64,000 nt of DNA from Schizochytrium sp. TIO01 (Eukaryota; Protista; Bigyra: Labyrinthulomycetes): the NCBI GenBank assembly GCA_004764695.1, contig SMSO01000014.1:1421648-1485647 (forward strand). Direction: 5' to 3'. Positions 12,901-22,173 of this stretch are shown here, piece by piece. The notes below the pieces were generated by a model. That model saw only the letters and a list, made by a program, of their open reading frames with translations. It had not been told where the DNA came from and did no database searches. Position 1 is the stretch's first letter. The number at the start of each line of letters is the position of its first letter. The position numbers were made by a program, and so were the translations under genes.

Positions 12901-13349
12901 TGCTCAGATCCCCGATGCCCCTGTGTTTGTTGATCATCTTGAGATGTTGCTTGAGAGCGCGATTGCTGTATCTCTTGCGAATGGTGAGAGGGAGATGCAA
13001 GTGCCGATGGAGGTGGTAGTTGCTGAATTCCACTTTCCGCATCTCCAGAGCTAAGTTGCTCCATCACTGTCACCATTTCATTGTGCTCGACATGATCAAG
13101 TTGATGTTGACGCGACATACTATGTGATTGATGATTTGTGTGACCACTGTCGTCCGTAGTGTTCACATGAGAAAGAATATGGGCCACTCTTTCACCTGTT
13201 CGAGATGATACGTCTGAAGGCTGATCATCATCGTCAATACTGTGGCCACTTTCTGCACGCTCTGCGTGCATACTAGTGTGCCCTATGCGCAGGCCAAAAC
13301 GCGCAAGTTCTTTTCTGTGTGGTTCAATGTGTGAGTAGAGGGTTACCAC
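9906..13349 (-). CDS. hAT-transposase-derived protein with BED-like zinc finger and degenerate hAT C-terminal dimerisation domain; first ATG at 13271
   Basis: 1147-aa open frame. AWDH..CSLC..SANANSHMINNH (BED-like) at ~12377-12580. MICDP..ELQRWF..AFEFWKRHSSAFPVVRILASRFLGIP (hATC-like) at ~10206-10680. Q/H/S-rich N-terminus. Confidence 0.65.
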   Translation of the reverse strand: MVTLYSHIEPHRKELARFGLRIGHTSMHAERAESGHSIDDDDQPSDVSSRTGERVAHILSHVNTTDDSGHTNHQSHSMSRQHQLDHVEHNEMVTVMEQLSSGDAESGIQQLPPPSALASPSHHSQEIQQSRSQATSQDDQQTQGHRGSEQHDQDQIMQHDHQQQHQQTNSTTTGNATNMPSAINKHGKFAQGVNALFKVRVKHRKSQVWQNLEFTTSVADLQGQLFESVDAYTQFVDVLVRSRYPGLLRMYHKEDKRAPAWDHILKLEVPQTNKSASLCTHVCSLCIGAQRPWQDCLVAVYYTDGRAKSANANSHMINNHKDEWNALRHKRAQVVVQEASQTASNNSHESMSNTSLSSMPGLHATAVSLSSVDSSSISMPAEEEARVRGILGASQPRHAKSVTLKPSTGVEEANRNDSSSGLQPVINQSSSSTSSFVMQPRKRQKTTHQLVSNSSSLGENSDMSQTQDSSLHHVPAQSLHKLSGSALGQGLRHRTLQFLMSAGLPHLASQSNVLQTMLEAAARLRIDFTSQVLQFGDHDYYSEFARQLAILKESLHAQRQSFRPEDHFAEVGSFGVQYETLPGGIPVAVLSWVDPRCWELIHMTVAVGRYMPIMRRRIETLGLDLNYLHVDRRQSIPEGHQLEQFVYKLLIADDVSGNSREHLEGIDDPENNLRESDADLRVAHNLIRQARMLLREIRSGYSPLWAAIASQLSDPSSSPLLSVNENSPWRLLQALILERHAIQSSLLSQQQAMLQNENWSLDSWWQQIVHLEAVLNAALSVQFPVHVTPTSGLAILSLLRARFLLSQYRLGIIDGYDTQRLNTVQDPRGLPFSRQNVYTDPLEGFTEYYMPPDDARHMAHLDAVAQALRKTLALEIDRMVDSGLTRDQRIAMICDPVFVSLGMPYMRLHKGFQLQLDRATDYFELAFGETYDQVNVVRDTVVESTKVFDMVDWRPLTDNTTSDILVSHAINTDLFEVPYQYNFENDELQRWFSLSVKWGTMHPTGMSLRDPFLASTQNAAFEFWKRHSSAFPVVRILASRFLGIPPPFDMSPSQLSKLSSVRTEYSRVQEVRALGQLNNQAISTLEHSAANSDSSLFTAVHCQPTTWETTDELKSDMQRFAQDFLEDTSPPPLQSSSSSSPSAMPIV

Positions 13350-13951
13350 TCAGGTAGGCGAGTGTCTACACAAACCCCGAGCCAGGGCGTTGGGTTAGAT
13401 CGGCAGACGAATCGAGGACAGCACTTGCGGTGCTCAACAGAAGAAAGCTCGACTTTTAAGAAGCCTCTGTGCTATCAAGCCCGGGGGCAGCTTTCAACAA
13501 AGAGTTTTTCCTCTTTTTGCTCTTTGTCTCAGCTTTCTTTCATCTCTCAGTCTCTAGAGTTATTTCTATTGGCGCTCTTTTTTCCAATAATTTCAAGCTT
13601 GAGAATGGAAAAAACAAAAGAAGTGAAACTACAGAAACCATAACGTCCAGACTAAATATTTCCTCATCATCCCAGAATTTGGTTTGAGATGAGGAGTTAT
13701 GCATGTTTGTTTTGTTATATTTTTTAATAAATCAACGCTCAAACTGATCTGTGCAGAGACGAATTTACCCGAAGCTAGCAAATGAGCTACGCACTTTGAA
13801 GTGCTTTGGTGAGAGATGATCATGTTTTATGCAATACTATAGTAGATTTTTTTCAGATCTTTTCATCTATTTTACTTGCTTTGTCAATATCACTTAATAT
13901 TTAACCAGTAGCAGAACTTGCGCGGTGACCGATACAGAGCTGCGCAGGACC

Positions 13952-14794
13952 ATGAAGCAGCCCTTAGGCCGTTGTTATGTCCGAGAGGGGACGACACTGC
14001 CCATAGGCCTGATTCAAGGCAACGTCGAGAGAGATGGAAGTGCCTTGATTTTCCTCGATGAAGAAGGTTATCCAGTGTATGGTCAACAAACTTTGGCCAA
14101 GACTGACCTCACCAAAAGAAAAGCTCAAGATGAAGAAGCTGACCTTGTTGTAAACCTGCAACGAAACAGCCACAGTAAACCTTTGGGAGATGAGGTAAAC
14201 CACTCGTCAAAGTTGATATACTCTCTTTGTCGGGTGTGGACTCTAGTAGATGTTGACGAGAGTACCAATATTGGTGACCTGGTTTTGTTTCGGGGTGATA
14301 CTCAGGAGATGATTCCACCATCATCACGTTTGATTGATTTGTACACTGAAGATTTACATGATATCCAGGTCCAAGTAGTTTGTACGTGTTCTGAACCTGA
14401 AGACGCCACTCAAGACAACTCCTGGAATCTGAGAGGTCGTATTTTTGCACAAGCTGTGCTTTCTCAAATGGCCACTGGTGCGGATGTAGCTAAGGCATTG
14501 CGTGAAGATATCACACAGGCAATGAAACGAAGAGCTTCATTTGCCCCAGAGGTGAAGGTTCGCGCAACCGAACCCCTTCGGCTTACATGTACACAGGAAC
14601 CACTAGCACCATTCATCCAAGTCACAAGCTTCATTAAGCCAGGGAGAGTAACGTCACCTGATATGCAACAACGAGAGTTCGTTCAAACATCAGAAGGCTC
14701 TTGGAAATATATTTTGCAACTGCCTCTATATGGCAGCATTGCTTTAGTTAGTGCATTAATGGTATTCTTTGCCTTCCTTGTTGTGCGTCTTTGA
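13952..14794 (+). CDS. ODR-4-like tail-anchored membrane protein (tentative)
   Basis: First ATG at 13952. IGLIQG near the N-terminus. LRGRIFAQAV..DVAKALREDITQAMKRR resembles the ODR-4 conserved block. One C-terminal hydrophobic helix (IALVSALMVFFAFLVV). Confidence 0.5.
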   Translation: MKQPLGRCYVREGTTLPIGLIQGNVERDGSALIFLDEEGYPVYGQQTLAKTDLTKRKAQDEEADLVVNLQRNSHSKPLGDEVNHSSKLIYSLCRVWTLVDVDESTNIGDLVLFRGDTQEMIPPSSRLIDLYTEDLHDIQVQVVCTCSEPEDATQDNSWNLRGRIFAQAVLSQMATGADVAKALREDITQAMKRRASFAPEVKVRATEPLRLTCTQEPLAPFIQVTSFIKPGRVTSPDMQQREFVQTSEGSWKYILQLPLYGSIALVSALMVFFAFLVVRL

Positions 14795-14988
14795 AGCCGA
14801 TCGTAAATATGTGTATTATAAAATAGAGCCTTATTTGGTATTGTTAGATTATACTAGATAGTGTCAACTAAAAGTTCAATTGTGAATGCCAGCACACGTA
14901 TGCGTTGTTGAAGCTAAGTAAAATTAAAAGAGAGATGCAATTTTTATCTACATTTTCATAATAATAGAAGGCGTCGAAAGTATGATAT

Positions 14989-17181
14989 CTATTCGAGACT
15001 TTCTAAAACTTCGTCTGCATATTCTCGCGACAGATGTTTCCGAGCCAGATCAGCAAGGGAGTCCTCAGGATCACCATCGATAAACCGTTGACGAGCAAAC
15101 AAGCACTTGATATCATCAAGCTCAATCGTTCGACGCCCAGCATGGTCTGCATATGTGGCCAAGTCGTCTGAGGCTTGCTCGAAAAATGCTGTAGAAGCGC
15201 GCAGCACTGCACGAGTAGTACTACTGCCATCTGAGGAGAAATCTCGAGCCTTGAGCAAATTACTCCAAAGCTTTTTAACAATCGTGTCCGGGAGGTGTGG
15301 GACACGAGGAGCACGTACGGTTTCGTCTCCACCTACCATAGCCTCACTTGTTCTCTTTTTGTACGGCTTCCGCTTTCGAGGCTTCTTTCGAGCTGGTTGA
15401 AATTCACCCTCTCCCTCTTCCTCTTCTTCGAAAAGAGGTGGCAAAGGTTGGTTATATGGGCGGGCCATTGCGCGCCTGCGCCACTCGGGAGTTGCACGGT
15501 CCTGCAATGAAGATCCTGCGAGAAGGGTTGTACGTGGTAGCGCAGAAGGAGTCTCAAACTCTGTACTCCTTGACACACTCGAAGCTGCACTGGGTGGAAA
15601 TGCCGAACGCGCGCTAGGTAATGATTTAGTTGATGGCTGTCGGTTCTGACGCTGCGCTGCGACGTACTCCGGAGTTTCCCCCCCTGCAGAAAGCATTCCG
15701 GGAGTAGAGGCTACAGGGCCTCCTACAGACAGTAGTGATGCAGGGGATGCTCCACCTGTCGTTGAGTTACCTGAAGGAGTTGTTCCTTGGAGTTGAATTC
15801 TAGAGGAATTGGCGGACTCCAGAGGCGTTGCGATGAGGGAGTAAGGATCTTCTAGCGGACGCTTACCCCGGCGAGCACGTTGATGAGCCCGGTATTCGGC
15901 GGGCGATACTTTGGAATTCTCATCTTCCACAGTGCTAATTCTCCCACTGCGGCTTTTTTCTTCGGAAAGAAGCTCGGGAGCGACCAGAGTGCGACGGCGA
16001 CGGCGTCTCCGGTCAGGCTGCCGTCTTCTTAAAGCAGGGTCGTTAGCGGCTGCTCGGAAAGCATCCTCTTCATCATCGTCTGAAGAGTCTGCAGGATAGC
16101 GTTGATTCCCAGTATTAGACTCGGGGACGATTAAAGAGCCACCTACCGCCTTGGTGGCTGCCGACACTGCGAAAAAGGCATCGTCATCGTCATCATCGTC
16201 GTCTGTTGCAGTGCCTCCACGCTGCGCGTTGTTAGCTGAACCATCTAAGCTAACGATGGTTGGGCGATTTGTTTGAGTTTGTGTGATTTGACGTTGGGCA
16301 GCAGGGCGTGTCTCAAACGAAATGTCTTCAGGCTGAGCTGATTCCTTCTCCTCATTTCGTTTGGCTGAATTACCTTCCACAATGCCTGCAGTCGTTGCTG
16401 CCAAAGCTTGCTCAGGTGTTTCTGTAGCAAGTGTATGCTCTGAGGTCATTAGTCCTTCTGACGCCATAATAGTTTGTTGGGTAGACTCTGGCGCAGTTTC
16501 AGAATCTGCTTTAGTAGAGTTTTGCTCGATACTTTCCCGGGCTCTCACCCTAATCGGAGCTTCGCGGAGGAATCCTCGAATGAAAGTGCGTGGTGTTTCT
16601 CGAGGTTGCCTTGTTACACTCCCAATAACCTCAGAATTACCTTGGCGCCCACTGACATTCATTGGAGTTGCAGAGTCCACGCTGGTCGCAGAAGGGGTTG
16701 CATCTGATGGCCTGGTGTTATCTTGTCTCGCCAAGGTTTGGTCTTGATTACCTTCACCTCGTCCCTGATTGTCTTTATTTATTGCAGATCCATCGTGAGA
16801 GTCTTGGATTTCATTTTGAGCTCGCTCTTGGGTCTGGGCAATCTGTCCAGTTTCCTTATTGGCCTTATCTGCTGCACGGTTTTCGCGATCTAGTTCTGCT
16901 TGCACGTGAAACTGCTCCTGACTTTGTAGCTGTGTTTGTTCTTGGGTTTGCAACTGTGTTGGTTTCTGTATTTGTTCTTGAGTTTTTTCTTGATCTAGAC
17001 TTTGATTGTTTCCTTGCCTATCTTTCTCAGGTACTCCTTGCTGCTCTTGGTGCCCTTCCGGCTGGCCAGATGCTTCGACCGCAACTCCGTCTCTGCCTCT
17101 ACGCCTCCCACGTCTCCTGCCGGACTGTGCCGTGGCCAAGGCTCTGATAAGCGTTCGAGGTGTCTCCTCTGGGTCTGCCAT
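14989..17181 (-). CDS. CENPT: Centromere protein T (CENP-T/Cnn1-like)
   Basis: Long disordered, TP-rich N-terminus with two ETPRT[LF]IRxxL motifs. C-terminal histone fold LPDTIVKKL..FFEQASDDLATYADHAGRRTIELDDIKCLFARQR..LADLARKHLSREY, typical of CENP-T_C. Confidence 0.85.
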   Translation of the reverse strand: MADPEETPRTLIRALATAQSGRRRGRRRGRDGVAVEASGQPEGHQEQQGVPEKDRQGNNQSLDQEKTQEQIQKPTQLQTQEQTQLQSQEQFHVQAELDRENRAADKANKETGQIAQTQERAQNEIQDSHDGSAINKDNQGRGEGNQDQTLARQDNTRPSDATPSATSVDSATPMNVSGRQGNSEVIGSVTRQPRETPRTFIRGFLREAPIRVRARESIEQNSTKADSETAPESTQQTIMASEGLMTSEHTLATETPEQALAATTAGIVEGNSAKRNEEKESAQPEDISFETRPAAQRQITQTQTNRPTIVSLDGSANNAQRGGTATDDDDDDDDAFFAVSAATKAVGGSLIVPESNTGNQRYPADSSDDDEEDAFRAAANDPALRRRQPDRRRRRRRTLVAPELLSEEKSRSGRISTVEDENSKVSPAEYRAHQRARRGKRPLEDPYSLIATPLESANSSRIQLQGTTPSGNSTTGGASPASLLSVGGPVASTPGMLSAGGETPEYVAAQRQNRQPSTKSLPSARSAFPPSAASSVSRSTEFETPSALPRTTLLAGSSLQDRATPEWRRRAMARPYNQPLPPLFEEEEEGEGEFQPARKKPRKRKPYKKRTSEAMVGGDETVRAPRVPHLPDTIVKKLWSNLLKARDFSSDGSSTTRAVLRASTAFFEQASDDLATYADHAGRRTIELDDIKCLFARQRFIDGDPEDSLADLARKHLSREYADEVLESLE

Positions 17182-17825
17182 GGCCGCGGAGCCGCGTGAA
17201 CCCTACAGTTCGCGCGGCTTCAGGGCGACTCCGTTTGGGTCGTCGTTGGACTCGCAAACTAAGTTTGCCTCTAACTTTATCTTGCTTAGGCCTTTTAGTA
17301 TTAGGTAAGTCGGTAATCATCGTTTGTTCAAGTATTTCATTTGGGGTACTCTATATAAATAGGTTATTTCCAAATAGTCTACTGTAGGCGTACATTTATA
17401 CTGTCGATAGTTAGTTTTTCCCATCAACGCTGTTTCCAAATCGTCAAAGTGACTCTTGTCATGATGGAATGACGGTGTGTATTACTGTACGTGCCTGTGG
17501 ATACAAAGGCACTAGCAACGCGAATGCGATCCTGATCATGGTGATAAATGGCCCAAGCAAGAAGATCTTAAGCCCTTAAGGCTTTTCTTTTCTTTTATAA
17601 GTTCTTGCTCCTTTCGATGCGGCCAATTTTTTGTTCTCAGATTTAGGTGCAGAAATAATTAATTGGTCCAATTCTTCAACGAAATTCTTCTCGAGACTGC
17701 AGGACCAATTGCAAAAGCAAAACAATATCGATTGAGGCCACTTGCTCAATCTGCGCGATGGGTAAGAGCTTTCTAAAAAGCTTAAGAACGTTGTTGTGAA
17801 GCGCACAACTCGGGAAGTGGTAGAC

Positions 17826-19487
17826 ATGAGCCTCGGCTCGCGTGTGGTGCTTCATGTAGATGTTGATGGCTTTTATTGCGCCTGTGAGGTGCGTAGGAAC
17901 GCAAGCTTGCAAGGAAAACCGCTGGCGGTGACACAGTTCAACAGTGGAGGATTTGTGGCGCTTAGTGTAGAGGCAGCTCGAGCTGGGATACGTAAAGGGG
18001 ATGGGATTGGTACTCAAGGCCACAAGAATCTGCCCCAGTTCAAGAACCGTCCTGATGCGCTCCTGGAGTCTGTGATGCAGAAGTGCCCAGATCTCATCAT
18101 TATGCCCATGGATACAACATGGTACAGGCAGTGCAGCGAGGATCTTCTTTCCCTAATACAAGAATTTAATAAGGATTTCATTGTCGAAAAAACTAGCATT
18201 GATGATTTCTTCGTTGATGTATCAAAAGCTGTTCGTGACGACCCTCAAATAACTTTCGAGAAAGGACGTTTGCGAACTAATAAGAATAATGATGCTGGTG
18301 AAGGACTTGCGGAGACATTTCAAAAGGATAAACGAGAAAATCAAATCATTACGTACTGGGGGCTCTCAGACGAAGCATTAGACATTGCTGAGGTTGCTGC
18401 ACGAGCTGGACCGTCTACCGCCAGTGCTTGCGTTCTCGCTGCAGATCTTCGTCACTATGTGAAGGATAACCTCGGCGGTATGTCCATTAGTGTTGGCATT
18501 GGCCCTAACAAACTATTAGCACGTTTAGTCAGCAAACGCAAGCTCAGCCCAAATTCACAGACAATCGTACTTGACGAAATGGCACCAAGCGTTGCGGCCA
18601 GCACTAATTTACAGGCTGTGCCAGGTTTGAAGGGTAAACTGGGAAATTGGCTCCAGGAAAAATATGGTCTTCAGAAGCTATCTGACCTTCAAAGCCTCTC
18701 AGACTCTCAGTTATCATCCATAGCACCGGGTAAAGTTACGTGGTTACAACAGCTTGCGAAATGCCAGGATGATACAAGAGTTTTGGAGAGGGGACCCCCT
18801 AAGTCAATAATGACTGAACGATCGTTTCCTCCAACAAGTTCATCATGTGAATCTTGCCAAAAGATAATTTTTCGTCTATGCAAGGATCTCTTGGAGAGGC
18901 TTTGTAAGGAACGAGATAGTCGATCACGTGCACCATCCGCATTATCAGTTCAATGGCGAGTCGGGTATGATGGTCAAAGAATGACGTCCAGACGTCTAAG
19001 TCCATTCCCATGCACGTTGGAAACATCTGATGATGAATCGAATCGCCTTGCACGACTTGTCACAGTAGTTTTGCCAGAAAATACATCCTCAATTAACCGC
19101 ATTGCTCTTCAAGCCTCAACTTTCCAGACCCTGCAAGCAAATAACATCGTTAGTATGTTCTCCCAACAGGTTAAAAGAGAACGACAGAAAAAGGACAAAG
19201 ACCCTTCTTTCAAGGCAAATTCAAACGGGGAAAGTCTGAACGGACTTTCTAAGAAAGCCTCAAGTTTCCCTACACACGATACCCAACCTGATGTACAGAG
19301 TAGAGACGAAGAAGTCATCTCTCTCACCTCCTCAACTGGGTCAGACAATGATGATGAGGTGCTTATTTTGGATACAAGACCGTCTAAGAGGCAAGCTACA
19401 AATTCAAAGTCTTCAAAAAAAACGCAACAACCGTCTATCAAGAACTTTTTTAGATCTTCGTCTAAGCAAGGGAACTTGAAGACTTAA
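17826..19487 (+). CDS. Y-family translesion DNA polymerase, pol eta-like
   Basis: First ATG at 17826. VVLHVDVDGFYCACE, PLAVTQFNSGGFVALSVEA, EKTSIDDFFVDV, SVGIGPNKLLARL, VPGLKGKLG, PKSIMTERSF. C-terminal PIP box QPSIKNFF. Confidence 0.88.
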   Translation: MSLGSRVVLHVDVDGFYCACEVRRNASLQGKPLAVTQFNSGGFVALSVEAARAGIRKGDGIGTQGHKNLPQFKNRPDALLESVMQKCPDLIIMPMDTTWYRQCSEDLLSLIQEFNKDFIVEKTSIDDFFVDVSKAVRDDPQITFEKGRLRTNKNNDAGEGLAETFQKDKRENQIITYWGLSDEALDIAEVAARAGPSTASACVLAADLRHYVKDNLGGMSISVGIGPNKLLARLVSKRKLSPNSQTIVLDEMAPSVAASTNLQAVPGLKGKLGNWLQEKYGLQKLSDLQSLSDSQLSSIAPGKVTWLQQLAKCQDDTRVLERGPPKSIMTERSFPPTSSSCESCQKIIFRLCKDLLERLCKERDSRSRAPSALSVQWRVGYDGQRMTSRRLSPFPCTLETSDDESNRLARLVTVVLPENTSSINRIALQASTFQTLQANNIVSMFSQQVKRERQKKDKDPSFKANSNGESLNGLSKKASSFPTHDTQPDVQSRDEEVISLTSSTGSDNDDEVLILDTRPSKRQATNSKSSKKTQQPSIKNFFRSSSKQGNLKT

Positions 19488-19944
19488 TAGAGCTCACGTT
19501 ATAGGAGGACCTCCTAGCAATATTTAATGTCTGAAACTATGGTGATAGTTTTCTGATTTGGTCCTTTGGCATGCTCCAAGTTTATTCTCAAGATAATCAT
19601 TTTATTTTATTTTCTGTCGCATACCATGGACAGTTTGGCTCTAACAAAGTAATTGAGTCTAGCCTAAATAGTCTCTGACAGCCTTGAATTTAATTAGCCC
19701 TGGTTTTGTTTATAGCTCTACAGCATCAGGCTGCATGACGCAAGACTGTCTATCCTACTAGGATAATTTGTACTAATAGCAATCTTTAGCCAACTCCTAT
19801 AATTAGTATACTGGTAGAGAACGACTAGTAATCAGTGGCTCTTGGCAAGGAGCCCTTTGGCCTTTTTTCCTGTGGCGCGCAAAGTTTTTTCGACTTTGGT
19901 CACGAAGTCTACGCAGACTCGCAACTGAAGAAGCGCACGTGATC

Positions 19945-22173
19945 ATGTCTAAAGCAAATGCTCCAAATCCAGATGCTTCAGGCCCAAAGGCCGCTGGGAA
20001 GCGTGGGTCTTTGAATCCAGAAGATTACAAGAAGACTCCGATTGGGCGCTTCACGTTCAACGAGGATCTTGAAGATATCTACAAGAGCCAAAAACAGCTC
20101 GTATCTGAAGAGAAAAGACCTTTCGCAGAGGAGTTTGTGAAACAGCTGCTTGCATCAAACCCAATGTCTGGAGATGCCCTCAACAAGGCCACCTCACTTA
20201 TCCGGCGCAAGAACAAATTTCCGTGTCATTTCCGCAAGTCCGAGTTACTGCATACGCTTCTTGCCATGCAGGATGAAGGACGAACTGGTGATGATCCAGG
20301 ACGGGTGCAAAATCTACGAAAGCTTCTTGTTAAAAAGTCTGGCAAAAGTAACTCTGGCGTGCTTGTCGTTACCGTGCTCACGAGTCCATATCCTCATGGT
20401 CAAAAGTTTTCTTGTGAATGGAACTGCTACTACTGCCCTAACGAACCCGACCAGCCCCGCTCATATCTTCACGATGAACCCTCTGTTCTTCGCGCAAACC
20501 GTAACCGTTTTGACCCGGTCCTTCAGTTCTTTGATCGTGCTGTGACACTCTCAATGAATGGTCACCCTGTTGACAAGATTGAACTTCTCATCCTTGGTGG
20601 TACCTGGGCATCGTACCCAGTGAGCTATCAGGAAGAATTCATCCGCGACCTCTTTTTTGCTGCCAACACGTTCTATACCCAAGGAAAAGGCCGTGAAAGG
20701 CTTTCCCTTGATGAAGAAAAGGCAATGAATGAACGTGCAAAGTGCAAAATCATTGGCATTACTCTTGAAACACGGCCTGACTGTATTAACCCTGAAGAAC
20801 TGCGCCGCTTCCGACGCTATGGATGTACCCGTGTTCAGCTTGGTGTACAACATACCGATGATGAAATCCTCAAAAAAATCAACCGAGGCTGCACGAGTGC
20901 GGACGTGCGTCATGCTCTTCGTTTGTTGAAAGACTCTTGCTACAAAGTTGATATTCATCTCATGCCAAACTTGCCCGGTGCGACCCCTGCGATTGATCGC
21001 AAGATGTTCAATGAAGTACTAGATGACCCTGGGTTCCAGGCCGACCAGTGGAAAATTTATCCTTGTGAGACCACCCCATGGACCGTAATTCAGAAGTGGT
21101 ATGAAAGTGGGAAATATGTTCCTTACTCAGAAGAAGAGCTTTTCCAGGTTATTATGGAAACCAAGGCTCGGGTTCACCCTTGGATTCGTCTCAATCGAGT
21201 TATTCGTGATATCCCTTCTCAGTATATCTTAGGCGGAGTTGATAACCCAAGCATGCGACAAGTGCTTCAAATAGAGATGGCGAAGGCTGGACAGCGCTGC
21301 CGCTGCATCCGTTGCCGTGAAGTTCGCAACCAAACCCCCGACGCAGACTCTGTAAAGCTTGTGACTCGGAAGTATGAAGGTCAAGGTGCACAAGAGCTGT
21401 TTATTTCTTTTGAGGTGGAGGAGACTGAGACTATCTTGGGCTTCGTGCGGCTTCGATTGCCCTCTTCTACAACTAAGTTTGCTGCTATCCCTGCATCTCC
21501 TCCATCAAACGAAGATGACGACATTATGGTTGAAGATGAGGAACTTGTTGAAGAAGAGGAAGACATAGAGGTAACCGAAGAAAGTTTGGAAGTTATCGAA
21601 GAGTCACGTGGTCGGTCTCTTCTGACCTCAGTTATGCGCCGTCGACGTACGCGTAGCAAAACTCCGACTGCAGCTCTGCGTAAATCTGCGAAAAGGGTAC
21701 CGTCTAGCTCGCATGCCGAGCCAGAACCAAGCTACCGTCGACCCCGAACTGGAACCTCTACTGAGACTGGTGAAGAAGTGCTTGTACCGTTTGCAGAGCT
21801 AAAGGGTGCTGCTTTTGTACGTGAACTGCACGTATATGGCCAACTCATCCCCACACATGGTCTTGATGCCTCTAATGCTCAGCACATTGGGCTTGGCACT
21901 CGTTTGATGGCAGAGGCCGAGCGTGTTGCGCAAGCGCATGGATATACTAAAGTCGCAGTTATTTCTGGCGTTGGAGTCCGTGACTACTACCGCAAATTAG
22001 GTTATGAATTGGAGGGCGAAGGTGAATTTATGATCAAGCATTTCCCTCGCAGTCTTTGGAAGCAGCTTACATTTTTCATTGTCATGACTATTGTCGTGTT
22101 TGCTATGATCTTGCAAATCATCGTCTCTGCGCAAATCGTTTACAAGCTTTTTAATGACTCAATGCACAAGTAG
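19945..22173 (+). CDS. ELP3: ELP3-family radical SAM/GNAT tRNA U34 carboxymethylase with C-terminal transmembrane helix
   Basis: First ATG at 19945. SGVLVVTV, CEWNCYYCP (CxxxCxxC), GGTW, GITLETRPD, GCTRVQLGVQ, HLMPNLPG, KIYP, RVIRDIP, CRCIRCRE, RELHVYG, QHIGLGTRLM, VISGVGVRDYYRKLGY. Hydrophobic tail. Confidence 0.93.
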   Translation: MSKANAPNPDASGPKAAGKRGSLNPEDYKKTPIGRFTFNEDLEDIYKSQKQLVSEEKRPFAEEFVKQLLASNPMSGDALNKATSLIRRKNKFPCHFRKSELLHTLLAMQDEGRTGDDPGRVQNLRKLLVKKSGKSNSGVLVVTVLTSPYPHGQKFSCEWNCYYCPNEPDQPRSYLHDEPSVLRANRNRFDPVLQFFDRAVTLSMNGHPVDKIELLILGGTWASYPVSYQEEFIRDLFFAANTFYTQGKGRERLSLDEEKAMNERAKCKIIGITLETRPDCINPEELRRFRRYGCTRVQLGVQHTDDEILKKINRGCTSADVRHALRLLKDSCYKVDIHLMPNLPGATPAIDRKMFNEVLDDPGFQADQWKIYPCETTPWTVIQKWYESGKYVPYSEEELFQVIMETKARVHPWIRLNRVIRDIPSQYILGGVDNPSMRQVLQIEMAKAGQRCRCIRCREVRNQTPDADSVKLVTRKYEGQGAQELFISFEVEETETILGFVRLRLPSSTTKFAAIPASPPSNEDDDIMVEDEELVEEEEDIEVTEESLEVIEESRGRSLLTSVMRRRRTRSKTPTAALRKSAKRVPSSSHAEPEPSYRRPRTGTSTETGEEVLVPFAELKGAAFVRELHVYGQLIPTHGLDASNAQHIGLGTRLMAEAERVAQAHGYTKVAVISGVGVRDYYRKLGYELEGEGEFMIKHFPRSLWKQLTFFIVMTIVVFAMILQIIVSAQIVYKLFNDSMHK

